Virus record (IMG/VR): IMGVR_UViG_3300031920_000053
Coordinates: 1-46,259 of that record
Source: a virus
Strand: one strand, 5' to 3'
Length of the DNA: 46,259 nucleotides
Every line of letters begins with the position of its first letter. Positions within the stretch are counted from its first letter, which is position 1. Under the pieces are notes generated by a model, which was not told where the DNA came from, did no database searches, and was given only the letters and a program-made list of their open reading frames with translations. The position numbers and the translations under genes were made by a program. Below, piece after piece: positions 16,529-27,579 of the stretch.

Positions 16529-16992
16529 CAAAACACATACAATTAAGAGATGCAATACAATCTGATGTGGATTATCTTTCTGAACACATTAGCGAAGAAG
16601 ACAATCTTGAAATACTCGCTACTGGTTGGAAGAATGCTAAAGAAGCTTTTTCTAGAGCGTTCAACAATAGTCTTGCTAAAAACTTTACGGCAGAAGTAGA
16701 TGGCATTCCGGCAGCGATGTTTGGTGTACACAAAGAGTCTATACTTTCAGATACTGCGACTGTATGGTTTCTTGGAACATGTGATGTAAGCAAATATCCT
16801 ATAGAAATGGTTAAGGTATCAAAGAGAGGTCTTTCTGCTTTTTTACTTGAAAACAGGACTCTTGTGAACTATGTTGATGCAAGATATAAGAAGACCTTCA
16901 GGTGGTTAAAGTGTCTCGGTTTTGAATTTGACAAGACAAAGTATTTTTCTAAGTGTGGTGATAAATTTATAAAAGTAATTAAAAGGAGATAG
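16525..16992 (+). CDS. T7 gp13-like internal virion protein A (GNAT-like fold family), 155 aa.
   Basis: The call rests on synteny after the nozzle gene. The motifs AAMFGV...WFLGT...LVNYVDARYKKTFRWLKCLGFEF resemble the Gp13/DUF2833 pattern I recall. Confidence 0.5.
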   Translation: MTKHIQLRDAIQSDVDYLSEHISEEDNLEILATGWKNAKEAFSRAFNNSLAKNFTAEVDGIPAAMFGVHKESILSDTATVWFLGTCDVSKYPIEMVKVSKRGLSAFLLENRTLVNYVDARYKKTFRWLKCLGFEFDKTKYFSKCGDKFIKVIKRR

Positions 16993-16994
16993 TT

Positions 16995-17525
16995 ATGGGT
17001 TCTATAGTTGGTTTAACTGGTGCATTACAGCAATCTCAAGCACAGGAAGGACAGGCTGAATTTGAAGCAGATATTGCTCAACAGAATATTAATTTAGCCG
17101 AACAGCAGGTTGGCAGTATTGGTGAAGCTGGTTCGTTTCAGTTGCATCAGCAAAGGCTACAGCAACAAGCGTTGTTGTCAAGGGCGCAGGTTCAGGCGGC
17201 AGGCGCAGGAGTTTCGCTTGGGTCTGGTTCTATCTTGGACTTTGAAGTTAGTGCAGAAGAAGTTTTTGCGGAAGACCGAAGGCAGTTACAATTCGATATA
17301 TCAAATCGCCAATATGAGGCTCGTATAGGCGCATGGAATGCGAGATTACAAAAGGAAAGCGCTATTGCAAGAAAAGAAAATATAGTAAGTCAGCGAGCGT
17401 TTATTGCTACTGGTGGTGCATTTGATATAGCTACACTAGGAGTTAAGTCAACATTAAGCGGATTTCAAGCAGTTAATAATTCTTCTGGAACTTTGCCAAA
17501 CTTTTCATCTGGATTAGGGAGATAA
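16995..17525 (+). CDS. gp14-like internal virion (ejection) protein, 176 aa.
   Basis: The call rests on synteny and size only. The protein is Gln/Ala-rich and helical. Confidence 0.45.
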   Translation: MGSIVGLTGALQQSQAQEGQAEFEADIAQQNINLAEQQVGSIGEAGSFQLHQQRLQQQALLSRAQVQAAGAGVSLGSGSILDFEVSAEEVFAEDRRQLQFDISNRQYEARIGAWNARLQKESAIARKENIVSQRAFIATGGAFDIATLGVKSTLSGFQAVNNSSGTLPNFSSGLGR

Positions 17526-17527
17526 TT

Positions 17528-19531
17528 ATGGCTAAAGAAATACTTCCAACTACAGTAGCAAGACCAGCACAAGCACAAGTGCAAGTAAATGTGCCGAAGT
17601 CTTCTTTCGTGCCGTCAGAGGCAATAGAAGCAGGGCGTTCTATCAGTAGATTTATAGGAACAGTCGGCAATATTGTTGGCGATGAGGTTGCACGGAGGGC
17701 TAAAATTAAAGCAGAAGAAGAAACTATTAAAGTTACAGAAGCGTTTAATGTATACGCCTTAAAAACAAAAGAAAGAGCAATCGCCCAAAAGGCGAATTAC
17801 AAAATAGATGATGAAATTCCAATAGACCAAGCGTGGAATACTTACTCAGAAAGTGTCTCGTCAGAAGTAACAAAAGGGTTTAATGAGAATCAGATGAGAG
17901 CATTTAATGAAGCAAAGGCAAAACATGGCTTTATAACGCATGATAACTTTCTAAACTTTAGGGCGCAAAATGCACAGAGAATAAAACAACAAAATCTTGC
18001 AGTACGGGCGAAGTTTGTAAACCAAGACGCTATAGACAAAAATAACAATATGTCAATGAAAATAGCTATTGACACAAATACGTCCGTAGCAGGAACAAAG
18101 ATGACAACTGCTTCTTTAGTTGAGTATGGGAAATCTGCAGGATACAAACTTCCAGACGACTATACACCCGAACAACTACCAGCATTAATTAAGGTTGCCG
18201 AAAAAGAAAGGAAAGAAGCACTTAATGCAGGGGTTAGCAATAAGGTTTTAGCACAAAAAGAGGGCGTTGTAAAAGCTTTGAAATTAGCGCAAACATACGC
18301 AACTGTTAAACAAAAAACTATTGATACAGCAAAGGTAGGCATTTTTAATAATTTCATCAAGGCGGGAGACTTGGCTTCCGCAGATGCTGTTGTTTCAAAT
18401 TCTGATCCCAATATTCCTGTTGAAGGATTTAAAGTTAGCGATGGAGTTTTAGTCCAAATGGATACTATATTGACTAATCGAAAAGAAATAGCAAAAGTGT
18501 CTGTTGCTGTAAATGATACAATGAATCGGGCTATGGGTGGTTTTGATTTTAGAAAAAATAACGCTTCAGAACTTGATGCTAAAATAATTAAAATAAAACG
18601 AAATGAACTTTCAAAGATAAAGAATACAAAACTACATTCCAAGTATAATACTGTTTTAGATAAGCAGTTAATTGAAACAAAAAAAATAATTATATCTGCT
18701 CAATCAGCAGATTATACTGCTAAAGTTGCTCAGATGCAGAAAATGACTGGTTCGGAAAGAGCTAATTTTTTAGAAAAATTATCTATTGATTATAGTCCAT
18801 TTCAAATGTCTAAATTCACAAAAGCAGAACAGGGAATATCTGGAATAGGATCAACTACTACCGAAGCAAGCTTCGATCAAAATGGTATTGAACATGATGT
18901 TATTCAAGCAGCTAGAGATAGAGGGATATCTCAGAATGGGAAATGGCGTGAAGTAAAATCTTTTGATGATGTCAAAGATTTATTTATTGAAAAAGGTGGA
19001 GTTGCAAGTCAAAATGCTGTTCGTAGACTTAAAAAGAATTATGATGAAAAAGATTTAGTTATTGCTAATTCTGTATTAGTAAATGTTCTTGCTTCTTATG
19101 GAATAAAAGGAACAAGTCAAAAACAATTTATTGATAGAGGTGGAGCGAAGGCTGTTGCAGATATGCTTCCTGCTGGAAAATTAGCTACTCCCGAACAAGT
19201 ACAGGTTGCTGTTGGTAAATGGTTAGCTCAGAAAGTTACAACCGAATCATGGTGGTTTAATCTGGATACTGATCCCGAGTCTAGGAGTGTAAATCTTGGC
19301 AGAGAACAACTATTTACTAATGTTCAAGCCAAACAGGCGTACAATGCTTCTTATCAGGAACGTTCTAAGTCTGGGGAGCTTCCTGTGTGGATGGCAGAGA
19401 ATCCGTCCCCGGCGAAAGTACAAAGATTTATGCAGGAAGAATTTAATTATATTCCCGGAACAGATAGTTTTACAGGATATTATAGATTAGCAAATATTAA
19501 TCCATTCAAATACATAAAGGGTTTTAAATAA
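17528..19531 (+). CDS. gp15-like internal virion (ejection) protein, 667 aa.
   Basis: The call rests on synteny and size only (T7 gp15 is 747 aa). Confidence 0.45.
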   Translation: MAKEILPTTVARPAQAQVQVNVPKSSFVPSEAIEAGRSISRFIGTVGNIVGDEVARRAKIKAEEETIKVTEAFNVYALKTKERAIAQKANYKIDDEIPIDQAWNTYSESVSSEVTKGFNENQMRAFNEAKAKHGFITHDNFLNFRAQNAQRIKQQNLAVRAKFVNQDAIDKNNNMSMKIAIDTNTSVAGTKMTTASLVEYGKSAGYKLPDDYTPEQLPALIKVAEKERKEALNAGVSNKVLAQKEGVVKALKLAQTYATVKQKTIDTAKVGIFNNFIKAGDLASADAVVSNSDPNIPVEGFKVSDGVLVQMDTILTNRKEIAKVSVAVNDTMNRAMGGFDFRKNNASELDAKIIKIKRNELSKIKNTKLHSKYNTVLDKQLIETKKIIISAQSADYTAKVAQMQKMTGSERANFLEKLSIDYSPFQMSKFTKAEQGISGIGSTTTEASFDQNGIEHDVIQAARDRGISQNGKWREVKSFDDVKDLFIEKGGVASQNAVRRLKKNYDEKDLVIANSVLVNVLASYGIKGTSQKQFIDRGGAKAVADMLPAGKLATPEQVQVAVGKWLAQKVTTESWWFNLDTDPESRSVNLGREQLFTNVQAKQAYNASYQERSKSGELPVWMAENPSPAKVQRFMQEEFNYIPGTDSFTGYYRLANINPFKYIKGFK

Positions 19532-22500
19532 TGGCAGATTCCCTCCCTACAATAACAGAAAATCCAAATGAAATAAAGCTTAACTCAATGAGGCAAATCG
19601 GGCATTCCATGTCAAAGGATAGTGGGGGCTCTATGATTGATTTGTCTGAAAAAAGTAATATTCCAGTACAAACACTATGGAATATGGACAATAGAGATAT
19701 TGCTTTAATAAAAGAACCTTCGTCTATTGAATGGAAAAAACCAGTAAAGGATTTAATATCTTCAAGTCCATTTGTTTCCGCAGCCGGATATGATAAACCA
19801 CATCAAATCACTACTGCAAACAATATTGCAGATATGTTTTATTCTCCATCAGAAACAGAACAGCGCATAAAAGATTCATTTTTTTATAAAGAATTAAACA
19901 CAGATGAAGTATTACAAATATATGGAAAAGAATTACAGCCAGAAAATCCGGCCAAAAGAAAAGAATTAATTGATGCCGGATATAAATATTATGGCAATTA
20001 TTATGTTGATCCACATGGAAGAAGGGTTTTTAAGCCATTGCTTGATGAATGGACAAGAGCAAAAAGTGCGCGAGATGTATCTTTAACTGCATTAACTGAT
20101 GAAAAATATATTGAATCACAAGAATATTTAGGCAAAGATGCAGAAAATAAATTTCTTGAATATAGAAAAGAAAATAAAAAACCAAAACCACTTCAACCAT
20201 TAGCTCCCATAGAGCTTGAAAGATTTGAAATTTTAAAACAGAAAATGGTTGATGCAAAAAAGATTTTTCAATTTATTTCATACGCAGATTCAGAAGGTGG
20301 TGGCCGAGGATATTTTGATGATAAAGATATGATGGAAAAAAGTCTTGATGATTTTACTAAAAAAACTGGTATTGATATGTCTGATATTCCATTAGATGCT
20401 TTTCAGAAATATGGCGTTACTGATTTTGAAATTTCAATAACCAATATGATGAATAATCTTATTCCGGGATTTGAAGCGTCAGAAAAGTTTTTTCCTGATG
20501 AACCCAGCAATGTTGTTAATCCATATACATTCGATGCTCAATCTCAATTTATAAGAAATGCTATTAGTTCTGAAATTGGAACAACATTCATGCGTGATGT
20601 TCAAACAGCAGGAGAAAAATCTTTGCCATTTGTTGTTTGGATGATGCTTAGTGGCGGAGCAGCGGCAATTGGGAAAAGATCGCTTTTGGGTTTTTTTAAA
20701 AATCCAGCAAAAATGAACAAAGCTGTTAGATTCTTAGTTGGAGCAACAGGAACAACCATAGGTGGAACTGCATTTTTTACACCCTTAGTTGTAAAGGATA
20801 TTCAAAACGCAAAAACATATAAAACTTTTGATGAAAATGGAAATATTATACTTGCTGACACAGAACTTTCTAATACTGAACTTGTGTTTAAGCATTATCT
20901 TTTAAATGCAACTGAATATGCTACAGAGTTGTCCGGTGGACTTCTTACTAAAATACCGGGAATAGGAAAATTATTTGGCAGAATTGGATCAAGAGCAGCT
21001 ATATCAAAAGGAATACTTGGAAAATTAATTAGAATTGGCAGAAGGGCTTCTGGAGCTGCTCAAATACAATCAATGCCTGCTGAAATAAGTGAAGAATATC
21101 TTGCACAATTTAGTAATTATACTCAAACAAAAATTGGAGAAATGACTGGACTTGATTTTCTTAAAAGCATAAATGTTCAAAACCCATTATTAACAGGTAG
21201 AAATGTTGGAGTAACTGCGGTATTAACTGCTGCAATGCAAGCTCCTCATATTCCTGCAAGAATATATGATACAATTCAAATTGGAAAATTCTTAAAAAAG
21301 AAAGCAACAATTAGAAATATTAGTGAAGAACTTGAAAATAATGAAGAATTTGCGGGTAATAGTCAGGTAGTTTCAAAGCAATATGTTGATAATATTAGTG
21401 GTGGTATGTCTATAATTGTTAATGCCCGTGATTTACAGTTTATGTTTAATGAAACAGACACTCCAGGGGTAACAGTAAAAGAAGCTCTTGGTCTTACAGA
21501 TATTGAATCTGATCTCTTAAATGAACAAGCTGAAAATAATGGTTCGATTAATATTGATGCCTCCAAGCTTTTGGTTGATAGTAAAAATAAAGAAGTAGTT
21601 GAAAAGGTATTGGATATTAGTCGGGACGTTATAGGCGGATATACTGAAACTGAAATAAAAAAAATGCAGAAAGAATCTAAATTTGTTGAAGATAAAAATA
21701 TTGAAAAAGAATTGACTGAAAGTGAAACAGCTTATCTTAACAAGCTGGATAGCTATACTGCATCATTAAAGGCTGGTGAGGATGGACTAAAGGCACAACA
21801 GGCGAAGTATGGCACGGCGCTTGTTGATTCAATGGCGCGTGTCTTTGCGGAACGAGCAGGCATTCAACCTATTGATATAATTAATAATCTTGAAATAAAT
21901 AATATTAGCTTTGAAGATTTTCAGAAAAAGTATATGAGCAGTATCCCTATAAAAGATGGAACAAAAAAATTAGGCGCAATTATTTCTGAAAAAAACTTTG
22001 AGATGATTGCTTTGTTTGAAGATTCTAAGCTTCCAACATTAGCGCATGAAACATTCCACTTCTTCAGAGATACAATGACACGGTTAAGAAATGATGGAGT
22101 TATTACCAATGAACAACTATTGGCAGACATTAAGGCTCTTGAGGAATTTGAAGATGGCGATATCGAAATTGGCGCAAAGGCATTTGAATTGTACTTAAAG
22201 GAAGGCAAAGTGCCAGTAGGAGCAAATAAGCGTATTGCCGGACTTTTTGCGGCGTTTAAGAAGTATCTATTGGCTTTCTACTCCTTCTTCGGTTCCAAAG
22301 CTTATTTTGCTGATATAAACATTAATCAGAATCTTCGTGAAGTATTTGACAGAATGCTTGTCAGCGATAAATATTCAATTGATTTAATGACTGATACAAA
22401 ATTGAACCAGCTTTTATCTGAACATAACTTACATGGCCTCCGAGTTTCTGACAAAAAAACATTTATCAAAAATTTACAGAAGCAGAAAAATGAATATTTT

Positions 22501-25500
22501 GAAAGCATTGACAATCAATTGGCAAAAGAATTACCAAAAGTAAAAACTGAATCAGGCAGAGAAGCAAATAAGATTATGGATTCAATGTCAGTTTATAATG
22601 TTTGGAAAACAATAAAGAAAAATGGCAGATTAAAATATTTAGATGTTCAATCAATGGGTATTCAGCAATCATTAATTGAGAATTTATTAAAAAAGAATGC
22701 GATAACAAGACCTCCGCGACAAAAGAAGTTTGCATTGCCTAAAGGAAAAGAAAGGGCTACTGCGTTTAATGAATGGTTATTTGTTAATAATGATATTGCT
22801 TGGGCTATGCTTGAAATGAAATTTGCATATCCAGATGGAGTAAGACCGGATCAATCTCTTGGAGTGCCAAAAAGTGAATATGGTTATTATATGTCAAATA
22901 AAGGCGCGCATAGTGATAGGATTTCAAGTGAAGTTTCTTCTGTGTTGAATAGAACTATATCTCCTCTTGAATTGACTGATGCGTTAAGGGATCAGAAATT
23001 AACAGTTCAGAAAAAAGCTTTTAATAAAACGCTTCTTGAAGAACAGCAGATGTATGAAAATCTTGCTAATGAAATTAATCGCGAAGAAGATGAAGGTCTT
23101 GAATCTGAAGCTGTAAGTATTATTGCAGGCGAACATGGATATAAGTCTGCGCGTGAAATGCTTTATGATCTTGAATCAAATCCGGTTCCGACAGTATATA
23201 AGGGTCAACTGATTAATTCAATGGTTAAAGAGTTTACTGATAACTTTATGCAATCAAGTTTTGTTGTTGATTCAACAAATGCCCTGAAGCGCATTGATGA
23301 AATGTCAACCTTGCTTTTGACTAAGGCAAAAGATTCTAAGCAGGGCGGAAAAAGATACAGACAAAGTTTGACAATATTGAAAAGTGAAATAAATTTAGAA
23401 ATTGATAATATGCCAGTATCAAAAATACTTGATTTAAAAAGACCGCTTGATTCTATAGAAAATAATAGTGCAAAGGCATTAAAACTTATCCAAGAAAAAA
23501 AATGGATTCAGTCTTTTGATTTAATCCAGCAAGTTAGACATGATATCGAACTGTTAAGGCAGAAACATAAACGAGCAGAACAGATAAATAAAAAAGTTGA
23601 ATCAATTAAAAAAACCGCTGCATATAATTCTCCGAATAATACCAAGAGTAGAATGTTTGGTGAAGCGTTACATTTTTATAAAAAGATTGCTTATGCTTAT
23701 AAATTATCTAATAAAATTGTAACCGCTGAAGATACTCAAAGCATGGATAGCTTCTTTGAAAGATTCAATAGCGACTACGCGCAGAATCAATTGCCAGGCG
23801 CGATGCTCGGAAGGGTGAGTTATAAAAATTTAACTTCAAAACAATTTAGTCAAGTAACAGATATTCTTGACTTCTTTAAGATAGTCGGAACTGAAGGCGT
23901 TGCTCTTGTTGAAGCACAAAAACAAAAAGAAGCAAAATCAGTTAGAGAAGGAATATTTAAAAAATTAAAGAATAGAAAAACTCAAGTCAGAACAAAATCG
24001 TTTGATGTTAAAGCAATAGGAGATACTGCTTCTGCATTATGGAATGATACCAATTATACCGCTAAGAATTTATTGACAATATGTCGATCATTAGATGGGA
24101 ATACTTATGCTTTAGGTAAGGGCACAAGAGGTGTTTTTGAAAATAATATATTTATTCCATTAAGTGATATGTCTAATTTTGAATTAGATCTATTAGATCA
24201 AGCAACAGTAACCGCTAAGGCTGGAATGAAATATTTGAATAAAATGGAAAGCATATTCACTCATAAATATATTCAGTCTTTGGATTTACCTAAAGTCCCT
24301 AAAATCTTGGTAGACATTGGAATAAGAGAATGGAATTTTCAGGCAATTTTAGCGGTTGCTTTAAATACTGGAACGCTTGATAATTACCAAAAACTTCAAG
24401 ATGGATTTGCTATAAAGAATCAGGCTGGTGAGATTGTTGGTTCTGAACTTGATTCAGTTGCCATAGATAAAATATTAACAGCATTGAATACGAATGAAGC
24501 ATGGGATGCAATTGAGGGATTATGGGATTCTTTTAGATATATCCTGCCTCATAAGAAAGCTGCTTATAAAGAATCAACATATACTGATTTGGAACTTATT
24601 CCTGAACGAACTTTTGAGGTTGATATTGTTGGCGAAGATGGAAATAAAACAAAAAGAATAATCAAGGGCGGTTACTATCCTGTCAAATATGATAATAGGA
24701 TTAATGGAGAATATGGTGAATTTATTCAAGAAACAAGAGGACCTAATACAGACGGCTTAATTCATAGTCCAAGAAGCAGTTCAACAAAAGAACGTGCGGA
24801 TCATACTGGCCGTCCAATAAAACTTGACGTAAATGTATTTCTCAGTGCATTGTCTGAAGATGTTCATAATATAGCATTTAGATCACTAAATCAAAAATTA
24901 AATAAAATTTATAATCCTGAAGTAAGAGGTGAAGTAAAACGAGTTCTTGGTGCTGGTTCAAATGCGTTTAATGCTTTGATTACAAATGTAACTAATCCTT
25001 CAGTTTTGGATAGCGGAAAATTTGAGAAGTTTTGGAATACTGCTGTAACAGTCAAGGCACTTTATGGGAATCTTAACACTATTGGAATGCAGTTTGCAAG
25101 TGCAACTCAAGGAATAACAGAGGTTGGCAGAGCAAATTATCTTAGGGCTGAGATAAACTTTTGGAGTAGCCCAAAAGATTCAATAAATTTTATAGTTTCT
25201 CTTTCTGCTTTTATGCGCGATAGATTTGCTGCTCCTGATGCTGATATAAGACAAAGAGCTGATAAGATATTGCGCGGTAAATCTAAAAAAATATATAATG
25301 AAGCAAGGGCTTTTGGATTCTTGGGAATTAGAATCGCTGACTTTGCAGTTGCCGCGCCGGTGTGGATGGCTCAATATAGCAAAAGTATGGCAGAACATGG
25401 AAGTCAAAAACAAGCAATATCTGAAGCGGATAGACTTATTTCAGGAACTCAAGGTAGTGCAAGAGGAATTGATAAAATATATGCTCAGCTACATCCTCAG

Positions 25501-26151
25501 TTGAAATATATTGTAAAATTTATTTCTGCTACAAGTGCAATACAAAATAGGTCTTGGGATACTTTGCAGGCAACAAGAGCTGGAACTATTTCTGGTTCTG
25601 ATTATGCTAAGTTTATAGTTGCTGAAGCATTAGCTCCTGCTGTTATGTCTGGAATAATAAGAGCTTTTGGAAGTGGCGATGTAATTGGATTAATTTTAGC
25701 TGCATTCTCTGGTGATGATGATGAATTTAAAAAGAAATTAAAATCTACGCTAAAATCTGCTGGAGTTGAGGTTTTGACTTTTGGAACTCAAGGAATCCCC
25801 GTTATTCGCGGTGCTGCTGATATGGGAATAAGGGCAGCTTTTGGAGAAAGAGTTTTTAGTCCAGTTGGGGCACCTATTGTTCAAGTTGCGGAAATGCCAT
25901 TTAATGCAATAAAAAAGGCTGTAAAATATAGTGCAAAGCAACTTTCAGAAGAAGAATCAAAAAGGAATAGTTTTTTATCTTCAGGTGATAATGATAATAA
26001 ACTTTTAACCGGAGCTGTTAGCGATGCTCTTGAGATTGGAGGAATAACTCTTGGTATTCCTTTAGTTACTGTAATAAAAAGATATAAAAGATTTTTGCAA
26101 AAAGCAGGAATAATTGAAGATAAAAAAAAGAAAAAGAATAGCTTTTTATAA
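19531..26151 (+). CDS. Giant gp16-like internal virion / ejection protein, 2206 aa, with an HExxH motif and several hydrophobic segments.
   Basis: The call rests on synteny. HETFH is encoded at 22045-22059. Hydrophobic stretches include FVVWMMLSGGAAAIG and VGATGTTIGGTAFFTPLVV. The tail is poly-Lys. Confidence 0.55.
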   Translation: MADSLPTITENPNEIKLNSMRQIGHSMSKDSGGSMIDLSEKSNIPVQTLWNMDNRDIALIKEPSSIEWKKPVKDLISSSPFVSAAGYDKPHQITTANNIADMFYSPSETEQRIKDSFFYKELNTDEVLQIYGKELQPENPAKRKELIDAGYKYYGNYYVDPHGRRVFKPLLDEWTRAKSARDVSLTALTDEKYIESQEYLGKDAENKFLEYRKENKKPKPLQPLAPIELERFEILKQKMVDAKKIFQFISYADSEGGGRGYFDDKDMMEKSLDDFTKKTGIDMSDIPLDAFQKYGVTDFEISITNMMNNLIPGFEASEKFFPDEPSNVVNPYTFDAQSQFIRNAISSEIGTTFMRDVQTAGEKSLPFVVWMMLSGGAAAIGKRSLLGFFKNPAKMNKAVRFLVGATGTTIGGTAFFTPLVVKDIQNAKTYKTFDENGNIILADTELSNTELVFKHYLLNATEYATELSGGLLTKIPGIGKLFGRIGSRAAISKGILGKLIRIGRRASGAAQIQSMPAEISEEYLAQFSNYTQTKIGEMTGLDFLKSINVQNPLLTGRNVGVTAVLTAAMQAPHIPARIYDTIQIGKFLKKKATIRNISEELENNEEFAGNSQVVSKQYVDNISGGMSIIVNARDLQFMFNETDTPGVTVKEALGLTDIESDLLNEQAENNGSINIDASKLLVDSKNKEVVEKVLDISRDVIGGYTETEIKKMQKESKFVEDKNIEKELTESETAYLNKLDSYTASLKAGEDGLKAQQAKYGTALVDSMARVFAERAGIQPIDIINNLEINNISFEDFQKKYMSSIPIKDGTKKLGAIISEKNFEMIALFEDSKLPTLAHETFHFFRDTMTRLRNDGVITNEQLLADIKALEEFEDGDIEIGAKAFELYLKEGKVPVGANKRIAGLFAAFKKYLLAFYSFFGSKAYFADININQNLREVFDRMLVSDKYSIDLMTDTKLNQLLSEHNLHGLRVSDKKTFIKNLQKQKNEYFESIDNQLAKELPKVKTESGREANKIMDSMSVYNVWKTIKKNGRLKYLDVQSMGIQQSLIENLLKKNAITRPPRQKKFALPKGKERATAFNEWLFVNNDIAWAMLEMKFAYPDGVRPDQSLGVPKSEYGYYMSNKGAHSDRISSEVSSVLNRTISPLELTDALRDQKLTVQKKAFNKTLLEEQQMYENLANEINREEDEGLESEAVSIIAGEHGYKSAREMLYDLESNPVPTVYKGQLINSMVKEFTDNFMQSSFVVDSTNALKRIDEMSTLLLTKAKDSKQGGKRYRQSLTILKSEINLEIDNMPVSKILDLKRPLDSIENNSAKALKLIQEKKWIQSFDLIQQVRHDIELLRQKHKRAEQINKKVESIKKTAAYNSPNNTKSRMFGEALHFYKKIAYAYKLSNKIVTAEDTQSMDSFFERFNSDYAQNQLPGAMLGRVSYKNLTSKQFSQVTDILDFFKIVGTEGVALVEAQKQKEAKSVREGIFKKLKNRKTQVRTKSFDVKAIGDTASALWNDTNYTAKNLLTICRSLDGNTYALGKGTRGVFENNIFIPLSDMSNFELDLLDQATVTAKAGMKYLNKMESIFTHKYIQSLDLPKVPKILVDIGIREWNFQAILAVALNTGTLDNYQKLQDGFAIKNQAGEIVGSELDSVAIDKILTALNTNEAWDAIEGLWDSFRYILPHKKAAYKESTYTDLELIPERTFEVDIVGEDGNKTKRIIKGGYYPVKYDNRINGEYGEFIQETRGPNTDGLIHSPRSSSTKERADHTGRPIKLDVNVFLSALSEDVHNIAFRSLNQKLNKIYNPEVRGEVKRVLGAGSNAFNALITNVTNPSVLDSGKFEKFWNTAVTVKALYGNLNTIGMQFASATQGITEVGRANYLRAEINFWSSPKDSINFIVSLSAFMRDRFAAPDADIRQRADKILRGKSKKIYNEARAFGFLGIRIADFAVAAPVWMAQYSKSMAEHGSQKQAISEADRLISGTQGSARGIDKIYAQLHPQLKYIVKFISATSAIQNRSWDTLQATRAGTISGSDYAKFIVAEALAPAVMSGIIRAFGSGDVIGLILAAFSGDDDEFKKKLKSTLKSAGVEVLTFGTQGIPVIRGAADMGIRAAFGERVFSPVGAPIVQVAEMPFNAIKKAVKYSAKQLSEEESKRNSFLSSGDNDNKLLTGAVSDALEIGGITLGIPLVTVIKRYKRFLQKAGIIEDKKKKKNSFL

Positions 26152-26193
26152 AAAACATGCTATTAGTATAACTAAATAAAGCGAGGTAACAAA

Positions 26194-27567
26194 ATGACAG
26201 TTCCGGCAACAGATGCAAAAGGTGGCCCTTATACTGGCGATGGTATACAGACAGACTATCCTTTTGACTTTCCAATATTCTTAAGCACAGACTTGACGGT
26301 TACTATTGACGATGATTTATCAGTGTCGGTTGTTGATGTTGCGGATTATTCCGTTACCTTTGATGGAACCTTTGCTGTACCGGGCGGAACCGTAGTACTT
26401 AATTCTGCCCTTGGGGACGGGTTTGAGCTTACAATTACTCGTAATCCAAGTTTTTCTCAAAATTCAGCCTTTGAGGTTGGCGAAATATTATATCCGCCTA
26501 CACTTGAACGCACTTACGACTTACTGACTTTCCAGACTCAATATTTAAACCAAGCATATCTTGACTTAGTTATTGCTGTAAACGCAATGTTTGTTACTGA
26601 GGGAGCCGGAAATGTAGTTGGAGGAACAGTTCCTACCACTGTTAATAATATTGCTGTTTATTCAGACACTAGCGGTTTGCTGATAAAAGATAGTGGCATT
26701 GCCGTTAGTGGTATCGCTACAAACGCTTCTGATATAGCTGCCAATGTGATTACGATAGCAGCAAACGCTGCGGCTATCGTGGCTAATGCTACGGCGATAA
26801 CGGCTATTACGAGAGAACCTAACGGCATGATACTTTCCAATGACACTGATGCGGATAATGACATAAACGTTGCCGCTGGCTATATTTATGACAGTTTGAA
26901 TACCACTCCGATATTATTAGCTTCTGAAATAACCAAAAAGATTGACGTAGATTGGGTTGCTGGCGACGATGCTGGCGGGTTCCCGTCCGCATTAACTCTT
27001 GCTATAGATACATGGTATTACGTCTTTGTGATATATAATCCCACGACAGATACTACCGATGCTGGATTCGATACTTCTTTGACTGCTATAAATTTACTTG
27101 CAGATGCAACTGGATATACTAAATACCGTTATTTAGGTTCGGTTCTAACTGATGGTAGTTCTGATATAATTCCAGGGCAGTGGACAAATTTAGGCGGCGG
27201 ATCGATGAGGTTTGATTGGGATGTTCCGATTTCTGATTTTTCCGGGGATTTAGGAGTAACAACAGCAGTTACCCAAACAGTATCGTCGCCCTTAGGGTTA
27301 AATGTTATTTATAACGCATCTGCAAAAGTTCGATGGGCTATAGCTGCGGCTGGAATGAATCATTTTATATTTACAAATCTAAACTCCCCCGATACTGCCC
27401 CTACTCAAGATATTTCTAATGTTACAGCCTATGGAGGTGATTCTGAAGATTATGTCGCTATCATGGTGCATACCAAAACAAATTTATCATCCCAGATAAG
27501 AGTACGAAGAAGTAGTACCAACAGCACCTTATACCTAACCGCTCTTGGGTACACATATAAAATATAA
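26194..27567 (+). CDS. Tail fibre / receptor-binding protein 1, 457 aa.
   Basis: The N-terminus GGPYTGDGIQTDYPFDFPIF..DLTVTIDD is typical of a podovirus fibre anchor. A heptad-like run ASDIAANVITIAANAAAIVANATAITAI follows. Confidence 0.65.
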   Translation: MTVPATDAKGGPYTGDGIQTDYPFDFPIFLSTDLTVTIDDDLSVSVVDVADYSVTFDGTFAVPGGTVVLNSALGDGFELTITRNPSFSQNSAFEVGEILYPPTLERTYDLLTFQTQYLNQAYLDLVIAVNAMFVTEGAGNVVGGTVPTTVNNIAVYSDTSGLLIKDSGIAVSGIATNASDIAANVITIAANAAAIVANATAITAITREPNGMILSNDTDADNDINVAAGYIYDSLNTTPILLASEITKKIDVDWVAGDDAGGFPSALTLAIDTWYYVFVIYNPTTDTTDAGFDTSLTAINLLADATGYTKYRYLGSVLTDGSSDIIPGQWTNLGGGSMRFDWDVPISDFSGDLGVTTAVTQTVSSPLGLNVIYNASAKVRWAIAAAGMNHFIFTNLNSPDTAPTQDISNVTAYGGDSEDYVAIMVHTKTNLSSQIRVRRSSTNSTLYLTALGYTYKI

Positions 27568-27579
27568 AGGAGATTTAAA

